Origin: an uncultured Smithella sp.
GTDB lineage: Bacteria > Desulfobacterota > Syntrophia > Syntrophales > Smithellaceae
NCBI GenBank assembly: GCA_964443625.1
Contig: CAYUDM010000004.1
Span: 8,143 to 72,142, forward strand
DNA length: 64,000 nt
Direction of reading: 5' to 3'
Below, in pieces: positions 25,431 through 38,057 of the stretch. The notes beneath the pieces are model-generated. The model was given only the letters and a program-made list of their open reading frames with translations. It made no database searches and had not been told where the DNA came from. Every line of letters begins with the position of its first letter. Position 1 is the first letter of the stretch. Position numbers and translations under genes: made by a program.

Positions 25431-26645
25431 TCAGCGTTTTCCTTTTAATACTTTCTGAATGCGCAGGCGCAGGCCGTTGAGACGGATGAATCCTGTCGCG
25501 TCCTTTTGGTTATAGACCTGATCCTTTTCAAATGTGGCAAACGCTTCACTGTAGAGTGATTTATCCGATTTGCGGCCGACAACGATCGCATTGCCTTTGT
25601 AGAGCTTCATGCGAACGGTGCCGGTGACGTTTTCCTGCGTCGCGTCGATATACGTTTGCAGCGTTTTCATCTCCGGCGAATACCAGAATCCGTTATAGGC
25701 CAGTTGGGCGTACTTCGGAATCAGGGAATCGCGCATCAACATGACTTCACGATCCATAGTAATGGACTCCAGAGCGCGATGGGCCGCCCACAAAACGGTG
25801 CCTGCCGGAGTTTCATAAACGCCGCGGGATTTCATGCCCACAAAGCGGTTTTCGACCATGTCCATCCGTCCGATGCCGTTTTTACCCGCCACGTCGTTCA
25901 TGTGCTCCATGAGCGTGGCCGGCGACATCTTCTTGCCGTTTACGGCCACGGGGTTACCCTTCAAAAAATCGATTTCGACGTAGGTCGGCTTGTCCGGCGC
26001 GTTTTCGGGCGATTTGGTCAAAACGAAAATGTCTTCAGGAGGCTCGGCCCAGGTATCTTCAAGGATGCCGCCTTCGTGCGAAATGTGCAGAAGGTTACGA
26101 TCGGAGCTGTAGGGTTTGGCTTTGGTCAGCGGAATCGGAATCTTGTGTTTTTCGGCATAGTCGATCATGGATTCACGGGAATTGAAAATCCAGTTTTCAT
26201 CCCGCCAGGTCGCAATAATCCGGATGGACGGATTGAGCGCGATGTAAGTCAGCTCAAAGCGCACCTGATCGTTGCCTTTGCCGGTCGCACCGTGAACGAC
26301 GGAATCCGCCTTTTCTTTTTTGGCGATCTCGATCTGCTTTTTGGCGATGAGCGGCCGGGCCAGTGAAGTACCTAAAAGGTAGGTGCCCTCGTAAATGGCG
26401 TTGGCGCGCAGCGCCGGAAAGACGAAGTCGCGGGCGAATTCTTCACGAAGATCTTCGATATAGATTTTGCTCGCGCCGGTTTTGATCGCCTTTTGCTTCA
26501 AACCGGTCAGTTCTTCTTTTTGTCCAACATCGGCGGCAAAACAAATGACTTCGCATCCGTAGGTTTCGATCAGCCAGCGGACAATCACGGATGTGTCCAG
26601 ACCACCGGAATACGCCAACACGACTTTCTTGATTTTCTTCGACAC
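25431..26645 (-). CDS. argG: Argininosuccinate synthase
   Basis: [12 protein letters not shown]...[13 protein letters not shown]... Confidence 0.95.
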   Translation of the reverse strand: MSKKIKKVVLAYSGGLDTSVIVRWLIETYGCEVICFAADVGQKEELTGLKQKAIKTGASKIYIEDLREEFARDFVFPALRANAIYEGTYLLGTSLARPLIAKKQIEIAKKEKADSVVHGATGKGNDQVRFELTYIALNPSIRIIATWRDENWIFNSRESMIDYAEKHKIPIPLTKAKPYSSDRNLLHISHEGGILEDTWAEPPEDIFVLTKSPENAPDKPTYVEIDFLKGNPVAVNGKKMSPATLMEHMNDVAGKNGIGRMDMVENRFVGMKSRGVYETPAGTVLWAAHRALESITMDREVMLMRDSLIPKYAQLAYNGFWYSPEMKTLQTYIDATQENVTGTVRMKLYKGNAIVVGRKSDKSLYSEAFATFEKDQVYNQKDATGFIRLNGLRLRIQKVLKGKR

Positions 26646-26657
26646 GGTATTTTCCTC

Positions 26658-27566
26658 CTAGAGCAACATTTCTAAAATGGCCTTTTGCACGTGCAGCCGG
26701 TTCTCCGCTTCATCGATCACGACGGACTGCGGTCCGTCAATGACATCTGCGGTGATCTCCTCGCCGCGATGCGCAGGCAGACAATGCATCACAATGGCGT
26801 CTTTTTTCGCCACGGCCAAAAGGTCTTGATTAACCTGATAGTTTTCAAACACTCTTTTCCTCTCCTGGACTTCGGCTTCCTGCCCCATGCTGGTCCAGAC
26901 ATCGGTATAAAGGACATCGGCGTTTTGGGCCGCCTCGAACGGATCCCGAAAGACGGTGACGCCTTCATTCGTCAAGGCTTTCGCATCATCGAGAATACGG
27001 CAGTCCGGATCATACCCTTCCGGACAGGCCAGGCGCAAACTAAAAGGGAGCCTGCCTGCCGCCTCGATCCAGCTATTGGCCACGTTGTTGCCATCCCCGA
27101 TATAGGCGACCGTTACACCTTCATACGTTCCCTTCTTTTCGCGGATCGTGTACAAATCGGCGAGAATCTGGCAGGGGTGCAATAGATCGGTCAAACCGTT
27201 GATCACCGGAATGGAAGCCCAGCGGGCCAGTTCCTCGACACTTTCCTGGGCAAACGTCCGGATCATAATGCCGTTTAAATAGCGGGACATCATGCGTGCT
27301 GAATCGGCAATCGTCTCGCCACGACCGATCTGGGTGTCCCGGGAATTCAGAAACAGCGCGATGCCCCCCAGCTGGTACATCCCCACCTCGAAAGAGATTC
27401 TTGTCCGGGTCGATGATTTGTCAAAAATCATCCCGAGGGTTTTGCCCTTCAGAGACGCGTGTTCTCTTCCTTCCTGGTAGAGATTCTTCAACCGATCGGT
27501 TCGTCTCCAGACCGTTTCAAAATCCGCAACCGTCATATTGGAAAAACTCAGCAAATCTTTGTTCAT
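26658..27566 (-). CDS. argF: Ornithine carbamoyltransferase
   Basis: FDKSSTRTRISFE, HPCQ and HCLPAH motifs. Confidence 0.9.
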   Translation of the reverse strand: MNKDLLSFSNMTVADFETVWRRTDRLKNLYQEGREHASLKGKTLGMIFDKSSTRTRISFEVGMYQLGGIALFLNSRDTQIGRGETIADSARMMSRYLNGIMIRTFAQESVEELARWASIPVINGLTDLLHPCQILADLYTIREKKGTYEGVTVAYIGDGNNVANSWIEAAGRLPFSLRLACPEGYDPDCRILDDAKALTNEGVTVFRDPFEAAQNADVLYTDVWTSMGQEAEVQERKRVFENYQVNQDLLAVAKKDAIVMHCLPAHRGEEITADVIDGPQSVVIDEAENRLHVQKAILEMLL

Positions 27567-28753
27567 CTTCCCTCCAGCGCCGCATCAAGTATGGAAACCG
27601 CTTCATCCACATCCTTTTTTGAAATGATCAGCGGCGGAACAAAACGCAACGTCTTTCCACCGGTGCAGTTGATCAAAAGTCCTTTTTCCTGGCAGGCGGC
27701 CACGATCGGAGCGCCGTCTTCGGACAACGCGCACGCCAGCATGAGGCCGCGTCCCCGAACGCCCGTAATCACGGGATGTTTGATTTTCAGAGCGTCGAGT
27801 TTTTCCCGGAAATACTCTCCCGTTTCAAAACATCGCCCGGGAATGTCCTCGCGAATCATTGTCTCGAGCGTGGCTCGCACCGCGGCCATGGCTAATGGAT
27901 TACCCCCGAATGTCGAGGCGTGATTTCCCGGACCGAAGGCCCTCGCAATACCGTCGACAGCCAGCATCGCTCCGACCGGAAAGCCGTTCCCGAGCGCTTT
28001 GGCCAGCGTCATAATGTCCGGTTTAATGCCGGAGTATTCGTAGGCGAAAAGTTTTCCCGTCCGGCCGATACCGGTCTGAACTTCATCGACAATCATGAGG
28101 ATTTTGTAACGATCGCAGATTTCCCGGACCCGCGCCAGATAGTGTTCGGCGGGAATGATAACGCCCCCTTCCCCCTGAATCGGCTCAAGCATGACACCAC
28201 AGGTACGCGGTGTAATGGCCGCTTCCAGCGCTTCAGGATCGTTAAACGGAATATAGCGGAATCCGTCCAGAAGCGGGGTAAAGCCGAACTGGAACTTTTC
28301 CTGTCCCGTCGCGGTAATCGTTGCCATCGTCCTGCCGTGAAAGGAATCCTTCATTGTCAGAAGTTCGAATTTGTCCGGTCCCAGATTTTCATGCGCATAC
28401 TTGCGCGCCAGTTTGATCGCCGCCTCATTGGCCTCCGCGCCACTATTGCAGAAAAAAGCCTTATCCGCAAAAGAATGTTCCACCAAAATCCGCGCCACCT
28501 CGGCCTGAGGACGCGTATAGTAAAGATTCGACACGTGCATCAAATCAAGAGCCTGGCGACGGATCGCTTCCACAACGGCCGGGTGTGCGTGTCCCAGATT
28601 ACAAACCGCGATGCCCGCGATAAAGTCCAGATATTGCCTTCCTTCGGCATCCCAGACTCTTGCTCCCTCCCCTTTGACGAGGGCAATCGGCGTCCGTCGA
28701 TAGGTATTCATAATATTGGCGTCTGTCATTGCCATGATGGACTCTTGATTCAT
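27563..28753 (-). CDS. argD: Acetylornithine aminotransferase
   Basis: Class-III PLP aminotransferase: SGAEANEAAIKLAR, DEVQTGIGRTG, LAKALGNGFP. It lies within the arg cluster. Confidence 0.9.
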   Translation of the reverse strand: MNQESIMAMTDANIMNTYRRTPIALVKGEGARVWDAEGRQYLDFIAGIAVCNLGHAHPAVVEAIRRQALDLMHVSNLYYTRPQAEVARILVEHSFADKAFFCNSGAEANEAAIKLARKYAHENLGPDKFELLTMKDSFHGRTMATITATGQEKFQFGFTPLLDGFRYIPFNDPEALEAAITPRTCGVMLEPIQGEGGVIIPAEHYLARVREICDRYKILMIVDEVQTGIGRTGKLFAYEYSGIKPDIMTLAKALGNGFPVGAMLAVDGIARAFGPGNHASTFGGNPLAMAAVRATLETMIREDIPGRCFETGEYFREKLDALKIKHPVITGVRGRGLMLACALSEDGAPIVAACQEKGLLINCTGGKTLRFVPPLIISKKDVDEAVSILDAALEGR

Positions 28754-28774
28754 GATGATTTCGATCCTCTCTTG

Positions 28775-31077
<2,303 letters not shown>

Positions 31078-31092
31078 TCTACCGTCTTGCTC

Positions 31093-31668
31093 CTATTTTT
31101 TACTCTTTGTGTTGGGTTTTGGCTTCTCTTCCGACAGATCAAGTTCCTCTATGATCACACGGTCATTGGTATAAATACATAGTTCAGATGCAATTTTCAT
31201 AGCCTCTTTGGCGATTTCCGTCGAAGACAAGGAACTATGGCGCACCAGCGCCCGTGCGGCGGCCTGCGCATAAGGGCCTCCGGAACCGATCGCCATGACA
31301 TTATCGTCGGATTCGATCACATCGCCGTTGCCGGAAATAATGAGCGAATGTTCACGGCTGACGGCGATCATCAGGGCCTCCAAATGCCGCAACACACGGT
31401 CGGTCCGCCAGTCCTTGGTAAGTTCCACGGCTGCCCGCAGAAGATTTCCGTTGTATTGTTCCAGTTTGGCGTCAAAGCGATCGAACAGTGTAAAAGCGTC
31501 CGCCGTCGCGCCCGCGAATCCGACAATCACATTGTCGTCATAGAGCCTGCGCACCTTGCGCGCTCCATGTTTCAGAATCATCGTGTCGAGTGTGACCTGA
31601 CCGTCTCCGGCGACGGTGATCCGCTGGTCTTTTTTGATCGCCAGAATGGTCGTTCCCCTGATGTGCAT
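31093..31668 (-). CDS. hslV: ATP-dependent protease subunit HslV
   Basis: MHIRG-TTILAIKKD...GDGQVT...GFAGATADAF... Confidence 0.95.
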   Translation of the reverse strand: MHIRGTTILAIKKDQRITVAGDGQVTLDTMILKHGARKVRRLYDDNVIVGFAGATADAFTLFDRFDAKLEQYNGNLLRAAVELTKDWRTDRVLRHLEALMIAVSREHSLIISGNGDVIESDDNVMAIGSGGPYAQAAARALVRHSSLSSTEIAKEAMKIASELCIYTNDRVIIEELDLSEEKPKPNTKSKK

Positions 31669-31670
31669 GA

Positions 31671-32576
31671 CTACTCCTTGTTACGGGCCCGTGGATGGGC
31701 CGAATCATAAACTTCCATGAGGCGGACAATATCAACCGCCGTATATTTCTGGGTCGTTGAAAGGCTTTCGTGACCCAGCATTTCCTGAATGGACCGCAAA
31801 TCCGCTCCCGCGCCGAGAAGATGCGTGGCGAATGAATGCCGAAGCGCATGCGGACTTATTTTCCGTCCAATACCGCTTGCCGCCATGATCCGGTCAACCA
31901 TCCGCGCAATGCTTCGCGTAGAAAGCCTTCCGCCACGACCGTTTAAAAAAAGCGGCCTCGGTCCTAAAGAGGACTCTTTCCGCAAGTCCCCCGAAGCTGC
32001 CAGATATTGACGAAGCGCAAAAAGCGCCGGTTTGCCGACAGGTACAATCCGCTCCTTTTTGCCTTTGCCTCGAAGCTTGACCAGCGATGCTTCAAAATTC
32101 ACGTCCTCGATATTGAGCCCCGCCAGTTCCGCGAGTCTCAATCCCGAGGAATAAAAGAGTTCCAGAATCGACCGGTTGCGCCATCCCGCCGGCGTCGCGT
32201 CATTTGACGCCGATTCCAGAAGCTTGAAGATTTCATCCACGGACAGAAAAGCCGGCAGATACTTCTCCGTCTTCGGTGTCTGGATGCCCCGGATCGGATT
32301 GACCGCAATTTTACCCGCCCTGAGCAGGTATTTGTAAAAGGCCCTCAGGGCCGAAAACTTTCGGTTGATGGATACCTTCTTCAGATCCAGGCCGTGCAGG
32401 TGGACCAGGTAAGCCCGAAGGGTCTCGGTTTTCGCCGCAAGCAGGGTTTCTTGTGCTCGATCAGCAAGAAAGACCGCATAGTCCCCGACATCCGCAAGAT
32501 ATGCTCTCCGGGTGTTGTCCGACACGTTGCGCTGAACGGTCAGGAAGGTCTCAAAATCCGCAATCAGATCGTGCAT
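31671..32576 (-). CDS. xerC: Tyrosine recombinase XerC-type (chromosome dimer resolution)
   Basis: RLAEL, HALRHSFATHLL and LGHESLSTTQKYT catalytic motifs. It shows the conserved xerC-hslV-hslU synteny. I chose the start at MHDLIADF. Confidence 0.85.
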   Translation of the reverse strand: MHDLIADFETFLTVQRNVSDNTRRAYLADVGDYAVFLADRAQETLLAAKTETLRAYLVHLHGLDLKKVSINRKFSALRAFYKYLLRAGKIAVNPIRGIQTPKTEKYLPAFLSVDEIFKLLESASNDATPAGWRNRSILELFYSSGLRLAELAGLNIEDVNFEASLVKLRGKGKKERIVPVGKPALFALRQYLAASGDLRKESSLGPRPLFLNGRGGRLSTRSIARMVDRIMAASGIGRKISPHALRHSFATHLLGAGADLRSIQEMLGHESLSTTQKYTAVDIVRLMEVYDSAHPRARNKE

Positions 32577-32577
32577 C

Positions 32578-33078
32578 TTACATTTTGTATTTTCCGAAAT
32601 CCTCAGCGGACAAATTTTCAAGGAATTCTTTTATTTTATCTTCCTTAAATTTGTCGATATCCGAGATTTTAATCCCGAAATCGATACTACGCGATTTTTC
32701 CAGGACAACCTCTTCAACAAATATCGACGCTTTCGCCCTGAGGGCCAGCGCGATGGCGTCGCTCGGACGGGCATCAATGGCGTAGGTTTGTCCATCCCTG
32801 GTCAGGTAGATGCTGGCAAAAAATGTATTGTTCCGAATATCCACAATTTCGATACGGTTGACGGTTACATCCAGTGCGTTGATGCATTCGTAAAGGAGAT
32901 CATGGGTCATCGGACGGGAAAACACAATATGTTCAAGCTCCGTTGCAATGGCGCTTGCCTCGAAAAGTCCTATCCAGATCGGTATCGCTTTGCTTTCCTG
33001 CAAATCCTTCAGGATGACGATGGGGGTATTGGTTATCGGATCGATGGTCAATCCTGATACCTTCATCTCCAAAAGCAT
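32578..33078 (-). CDS. Bifunctional nuclease (BFN/DUF151) family protein
   Basis: IPIWIGLFEASAI...RPMTHDL...IDARPSDAIALALR motifs. Confidence 0.75.
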   Translation of the reverse strand: MLLEMKVSGLTIDPITNTPIVILKDLQESKAIPIWIGLFEASAIATELEHIVFSRPMTHDLLYECINALDVTVNRIEIVDIRNNTFFASIYLTRDGQTYAIDARPSDAIALALRAKASIFVEEVVLEKSRSIDFGIKISDIDKFKEDKIKEFLENLSAEDFGKYKM

Positions 33079-33090
33079 TACCGGCCTCCC

Positions 33091-34416
33091 TCACGATTCT
33101 TTCATTCTACCCCGCAGAGAATGAAGATACCCGCGGGTGATTTCCACATCAACCAGAGACCCGATCAATTCAGAATCTCCCCGGAAATTAACGATTTTCC
33201 AGCCTTCTGTCCGTCCCATCATATCTTGAGCGGCGTTTTTGCTTCGCCCTTCGACCAGAACCTTTTGAATACTTCCCTCCAATGCCGAATTTCTTTCCTG
33301 CGTGTGGAGGTTTTGCAGGGCCTGAAGCCTGATCAACCGGTTTCTTTTTTCAGACTCCAAGACCTTGTCCGGCAACAGCCTTGCCGCCGTCCCCTTTCGT
33401 TCAGAATACTTGAACGAAAAAACTGAATCAAACCTGATTTTTTCCATCATGTCAATGGTTTCTTCATAATCTTTTTGGGTTTCGCCTGGAAATCCGACAA
33501 TGATGTCCGAGGTGATGCTGATTGACGGACGGGCGTCCCGCAGACGCGCCACTTTTTCCAGATATTGCTGTATTGTGTAACCCCGGTTCATCAACTTCAA
33601 AATCCGGCTTGAGCCCGACTGAACCGGCAGATGGATATGTCCACTCAATTTCCTGATACTTGCAAAACATGCGATCAAATTGTCGGACAGGTCCTTCGGA
33701 TGGGATGTGGTGAAGCGAATTCTTTCAATGCCGCAAACGCCGTCAATCCGCCTGAGCAACTCCGGAAAATCACAGTTAAAATCCGCTTTCATCCCGTAGG
33801 AATTCACGTTTTGCCCTAGAAGCGTCACTTCTTTGATGCCATGTTTTGTGAGCCTTTCGATTTCTTCGACAATATCCTCGGGCCTGCGGCTCATCTCCGG
33901 TCCCCTGAGATAGGGCACCACGCAATATGAGCAGTAATTGTCGCACCCCTGCATAATGGAAACAAAAGCGCCAAGGGAGCCCGCCGGCGGCGGCGCAAAA
34001 ATTCCCAGAGATTCAATTTTATTCGAAAATTCCACCTGGGTGATCTTCCGTCGGTTTGTCATGGCGGAAGCCACCATCTGCGGAAGACGGTGGATGTTAT
34101 GGGTTCCGAAAACAAAATCGACCCGCTTGTCGCGCCCATAGACTTTTGCTCCCAAATGCTGCCCCAGACAGCCCCCGAATCCCAACATCAGTCGCGGATT
34201 TTGATCCTTGAGTTTAAGCAGGCGGCCCAGTTCACTAAAGGCTTTCTGCTCGGCTTTGTCGCGGATTGAACAGCCGTTGATCAGAATCAACTGCGCCTTT
34301 TGAGGCTCGTCCGTCAATTGATAGCCCGCATCGGCAAGCACAACCGCCATCTGCTCCGAGTCATGAACATTCATCTGACAGCCGAACGTTTCGATATATA
34401 AATATTTATTTTTCAT
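33091..34416 (-). CDS. miaB: tRNA-2-methylthio-N6-dimethylallyladenosine synthase
   Basis: YIETFGCQMN, radical-SAM CDNYCSYCVVP, C-terminal TRAM domain. Confidence 0.9.
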   Translation of the reverse strand: MKNKYLYIETFGCQMNVHDSEQMAVVLADAGYQLTDEPQKAQLILINGCSIRDKAEQKAFSELGRLLKLKDQNPRLMLGFGGCLGQHLGAKVYGRDKRVDFVFGTHNIHRLPQMVASAMTNRRKITQVEFSNKIESLGIFAPPPAGSLGAFVSIMQGCDNYCSYCVVPYLRGPEMSRRPEDIVEEIERLTKHGIKEVTLLGQNVNSYGMKADFNCDFPELLRRIDGVCGIERIRFTTSHPKDLSDNLIACFASIRKLSGHIHLPVQSGSSRILKLMNRGYTIQQYLEKVARLRDARPSISITSDIIVGFPGETQKDYEETIDMMEKIRFDSVFSFKYSERKGTAARLLPDKVLESEKRNRLIRLQALQNLHTQERNSALEGSIQKVLVEGRSKNAAQDMMGRTEGWKIVNFRGDSELIGSLVDVEITRGYLHSLRGRMKES

Positions 34417-34453
34417 GATGATCCGATGATAGTTTGGTCACTGCTATCGTTTG

Positions 34454-35311
34454 TCAATTCCGTTTCGCCAAATCTTTATTCAAGACATTACTCAATTGTC
34501 CGAATTCGGAAACGCTCAGCGTTTCTCCCCGACGCTTCCCGTCAATTCCTGCGAGATTCAGAGACGCCAAAATCTCCTGCTGTGAAAGTCCTTCAAGAAT
34601 TTTGGCCTGTTTAAGATTGTTGATGAGCATCTTTCGCCTTTGAGCAAATGACGCTTTGACCAGCGCAAAAAAGAATTGCTCGTTGTCAAGTTCGCAAACT
34701 GGTTCGGCGAGAAACTTTCCCCGCATGATCGCGGAAGCGACCTTTGGGCGCGGAGAAAAACATTCCGCGGAAACGGTGAAAAGCTTTTCAACATCCGCAA
34801 ACATTTGCAGCAGAACCGACGGAACACCATACTGCTTGCAGTCCGGCTTTGAGACGAGACGATCGACAACCTCTTCTTGAAGCATCAGCAAAAAACCGTC
34901 TATGGCGGACCGATGCCTGAGCAGATGAAAAATCAGCGGGCTGGAAATGTGATACGGAACATTACCCACTACTTTAATTTTTAAATTATAACGCTTTGAT
35001 ATTGAAGATATATCAAATTTCAAGACGTCTTGGTTTTCAATTATCACCGATGGACAGTCACTTAGTTGTTTCTGAAGCACTGGCACAAGATTTTCATCTA
35101 TCTCCACTGCAATCAGGGTCTGAGCACGTTGTCCCATCTCACGGGTCAAAACACCGATTCCGGCGCCGATTTCCAAAACAACATCTTTTGAATCTATGGC
35201 ACTTGCCCGGACGATTTTCTTGATCGTGTTGATATCAGTCAGAAATGACTGGCTGAACCGTTTGCGCGGCCGGATATCGTATTGCTTTAAAATATCTTTG
35301 GGTGTCTGCAT
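34454..35311 (-). CDS. rsmA: 16S rRNA (adenine1518/1519-N6)-dimethyltransferase
   Basis: RKRFSQSFL...VLEIGAGIGVLT...GNVPYHISSP. I chose the internal start MQTPKD so the gene does not overlap tsaD. Confidence 0.9.
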   Translation of the reverse strand: MQTPKDILKQYDIRPRKRFSQSFLTDINTIKKIVRASAIDSKDVVLEIGAGIGVLTREMGQRAQTLIAVEIDENLVPVLQKQLSDCPSVIIENQDVLKFDISSISKRYNLKIKVVGNVPYHISSPLIFHLLRHRSAIDGFLLMLQEEVVDRLVSKPDCKQYGVPSVLLQMFADVEKLFTVSAECFSPRPKVASAIMRGKFLAEPVCELDNEQFFFALVKASFAQRRKMLINNLKQAKILEGLSQQEILASLNLAGIDGKRRGETLSVSEFGQLSNVLNKDLAKRN

Positions 35312-35316
35312 AGGAA

Positions 35317-36330
35317 TTAAGCGCGTGACGCCAGCGGCCAGCGTGAGACTGCGTTTAATTCCAGGGAATCGGACCGGCCGCCGGAAAGCAGAATCTCCCC
35401 CAGAGCGGCTATCATTGCCGCATTGTCCGTGCATAAAATCATGGGAGGGATGAAAAGTTCGATGCCTTCAGCGCTTGCCGCTTCTGCAAACCTCTTTCTG
35501 AGACGGCTATTGGCCGCGACTCCTCCGCAAACCACAAGTTGATCAATCGATCGATCCCGGGCCGCCCGCAGTGCCTTTTCGACCAGGACGTCCATAATGG
35601 CTTCCTGATAGCTCGCCACGACGTCGGAAAGCTCTTCGGAAATGAAAGGCTTTCCCCGTTTCTTCAGCATCACAAGAAGTGAGGTTTTCAGTCCACTGAA
35701 ACTGAAATCCGGTGAGTCTTTCATGGCTCGAGGAAACGCAAAGGCTTTAGGATTTCCTTCTTTGGCCATTTGATCGATCACAACACCGCCCGGATAGCCC
35801 AAATCCAGCAGTTTTGCCGCCTTGTCGAACGCTTCACCGGCTGCGTCATCACGGGTCTGACCGACGAGCTCAAAGGAATGATAGTTTTTCACGATATAAA
35901 TATGCGTATGTCCACCGGAAACCACCAGCGCCACAAAGGGAAACCGGGGTTTTTTATCTGCAAGAAAGGCGGCCATGATATGTCCCTCAATGTGATTGAC
36001 CCCCACAAATGGAATATTGAGCCCGTAGGCCAACGCCTTGGCCGTCGATAAACCGACAAGCAGGGATCCGATCAATCCGGGACCGCGCGTGACGGCAACG
36101 CCCGAAAGATCACCTGCCGTCACACCGGCAGTGGCGAGTGCTTCGCCGATGACCGGGGTAATCGCCTCGATATGTTTGCGCGAAGCGATTTCCGGGACCA
36201 CTCCGCCGAACCGCTCGTGATCCTTGATTTGCGAAGCAATCACATTCGAAAGCAGCTTTCCGTCCCGGACGACGGCGGCCGCTGTTTCATCGCAGGATGT
36301 TTCGATGCCCAAAGTCAACAATTTCTTCAA
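35317..36330 (-). CDS. tsaD: tRNA N6-adenosine threonylcarbamoyltransferase
   Basis: LGIETSCDETAAAV...VNHIEGH...SGGHT...GGVAAN. The start is uncertain. The ORF extends to 36402, but TTG codons near 36321-36330 fit the usual N-terminus. Confidence 0.9.
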   Translation of the reverse strand: MKKLLTLGIETSCDETAAAVVRDGKLLSNVIASQIKDHERFGGVVPEIASRKHIEAITPVIGEALATAGVTAGDLSGVAVTRGPGLIGSLLVGLSTAKALAYGLNIPFVGVNHIEGHIMAAFLADKKPRFPFVALVVSGGHTHIYIVKNYHSFELVGQTRDDAAGEAFDKAAKLLDLGYPGGVVIDQMAKEGNPKAFAFPRAMKDSPDFSFSGLKTSLLVMLKKRGKPFISEELSDVVASYQEAIMDVLVEKALRAARDRSIDQLVVCGGVAANSRLRKRFAEAASAEGIELFIPPMILCTDNAAMIAALGEILLSGGRSDSLELNAVSRWPLASRA

Positions 36331-36433
36331 TCCTTTTACAATTTTCTTTACTTCAAGAAAAAAAAGCTTATATAGAAGCGCTGATATTTTGTAAACAAAC
36401 ATTTCACCGGGTTTACAGGATCGGAATCATTCC

Positions 36434-38020
36434 ATGGAATTCAAAACGGATTTTCTCATCATCGGAAGCGGCATCGCGGGATTGAGCATGGCGATCAAAG
36501 CAGCCGGGCTCGGATCAGTCGCCATCGTCACCAAAAAAGAAAAATCAGAATCCAACACCAATTATGCCCAGGGTGGCATCGCCGCCGTGACGGATAAAAC
36601 CGACAGCTTCGAGGAGCATATCTCCGACACGCTGATTTGCGGCGCCGGCCTGTGCCAAAAAGAGGTAGTGGAGTTTGTCGTTCGTGAAGCGCCCCCGCGC
36701 ATCCAGGAATTAGTTGAATGGGGCGTCAATTTTACCAAGTCGGAACTGCCGCCGCACCCGTATGATCTCGGCCAGGAAGGCGGTCATCATAAGCGGCGTG
36801 TTTTGCACGCCAAAGACTTGACCGGACGAGAGATCGAACGGGCGCTGCATGAAAAAGTCGCGGAGTTGTCTCATGTGACGATCTATGAAAATCACATCGG
36901 CATCGACCTGATTATACAAAAAGACGCACAGGGACAAACGATCAATTGCCTGGGCGCCTATGTGCTGGATATCGATCGGGACGAAATTCACACCTACCGG
37001 GCTAAATACACGATTTTATCAACGGGCGGCGCGGGTAAAGTCTATCTGATCACCACCAACCCCGACATTGCTACGGGAGACGGCATTGCCATGGCCTATC
37101 GCGCCGGCGCTCGCATCGAGAACATGGAATTCATCCAGTTCCATCCGACGTGCCTGTACCATCCCGAAGCCAAGGCTTTTCTGATCAGTGAAGCCGTTCG
37201 CGGCGAAGGCGGTATTTTAAAACTCAAAAACGGCTCGACCTTCATGGAAAAATATCATCCCATGAAAAGTCTCGCCCCGCGCGACGTGGTCGCAAAAGCC
37301 ATCGACAACGAAATCAAAAAATCAGGCGATGAGCACGTCCTTTTGGACATCACGCACCACAGCCGTGATTTTCTGATGGACCGCTTCCCTAATATTTACG
37401 AAAAATGTCTAGAATTCGGCATCGATATGGCCGTCTCGCCCATTCCCATCGCTCCTGCCGCCCACTACATCTGCGGCGGCGTTTCCGTGGATCATTTCGG
37501 CAAAACCACGATCGACAATCTTTTCGCCTGCGGCGAGGTGTCCTGCACAGGCCTGCATGGCGCCAACCGCCTGGCCAGTAATTCGCTTCTGGAGGCGCTC
37601 GTCTATTCGCATCGAGCGTTTACCAAAATCGCCAAATCCTTCAAACAAACAGAAATGAGCACGACAGCGATCCGCCCCTGGGATCCTGGTGACGCGTCAA
37701 AGAGCGACGACACCATCGTCGTCACCAACAACTGGGATGAAATTCGCCGCTGCATGTGGAACTACGTCGGCATCGTCCGCTCGGACAAACGACTGGAACG
37801 GGCAGAGCGAAGAATCGACCTCATCCGGAGAGAAATCGACGAATACTACTGGGATTATAAAATTACAAAAGATTTAATCGAACTGCGCAACATAACGACC
37901 GTTGGAAAAATGATCGTGCGGAGCGCCCGCCTGCGCAAGGAAAGCCGAGGCCTGCACTACACGCTTGATTACCCCCAAACCAGCGACACCTTCCTCAAAG
38001 ACACGGTTTTAGAAAAGTAG
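36434..38020 (+). CDS. nadB: L-aspartate oxidase
   Basis: DFLIIGSGIAGL FAD motif, AQGGIAA, RLASNSLLE. Confidence 0.9.
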   Translation: MEFKTDFLIIGSGIAGLSMAIKAAGLGSVAIVTKKEKSESNTNYAQGGIAAVTDKTDSFEEHISDTLICGAGLCQKEVVEFVVREAPPRIQELVEWGVNFTKSELPPHPYDLGQEGGHHKRRVLHAKDLTGREIERALHEKVAELSHVTIYENHIGIDLIIQKDAQGQTINCLGAYVLDIDRDEIHTYRAKYTILSTGGAGKVYLITTNPDIATGDGIAMAYRAGARIENMEFIQFHPTCLYHPEAKAFLISEAVRGEGGILKLKNGSTFMEKYHPMKSLAPRDVVAKAIDNEIKKSGDEHVLLDITHHSRDFLMDRFPNIYEKCLEFGIDMAVSPIPIAPAAHYICGGVSVDHFGKTTIDNLFACGEVSCTGLHGANRLASNSLLEALVYSHRAFTKIAKSFKQTEMSTTAIRPWDPGDASKSDDTIVVTNNWDEIRRCMWNYVGIVRSDKRLERAERRIDLIRREIDEYYWDYKITKDLIELRNITTVGKMIVRSARLRKESRGLHYTLDYPQTSDTFLKDTVLEK

Positions 38021-38057
38021 GGAACCGCTCGCGATAACCTAAAGGTCAAGCCGTTCC

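Noticed and set aside
31654-31668. HslV starts MHIRG-TT rather than M-TT, which implies a 5-residue propeptide before the catalytic Thr.
   Set aside because: Short N-terminal extensions are known in some HslV/CodW proteins, for example in Bacillus. No alternative start codon sits directly before the Thr, so this is not an anomaly worth flagging.
31671-32576. A tyrosine recombinase as a possible integrase marking a mobile element.
   Set aside because: It sits in the conserved housekeeping xerC-hslV-hslU arrangement, surrounded by core metabolism genes. No att-like repeats or cargo genes are evident.
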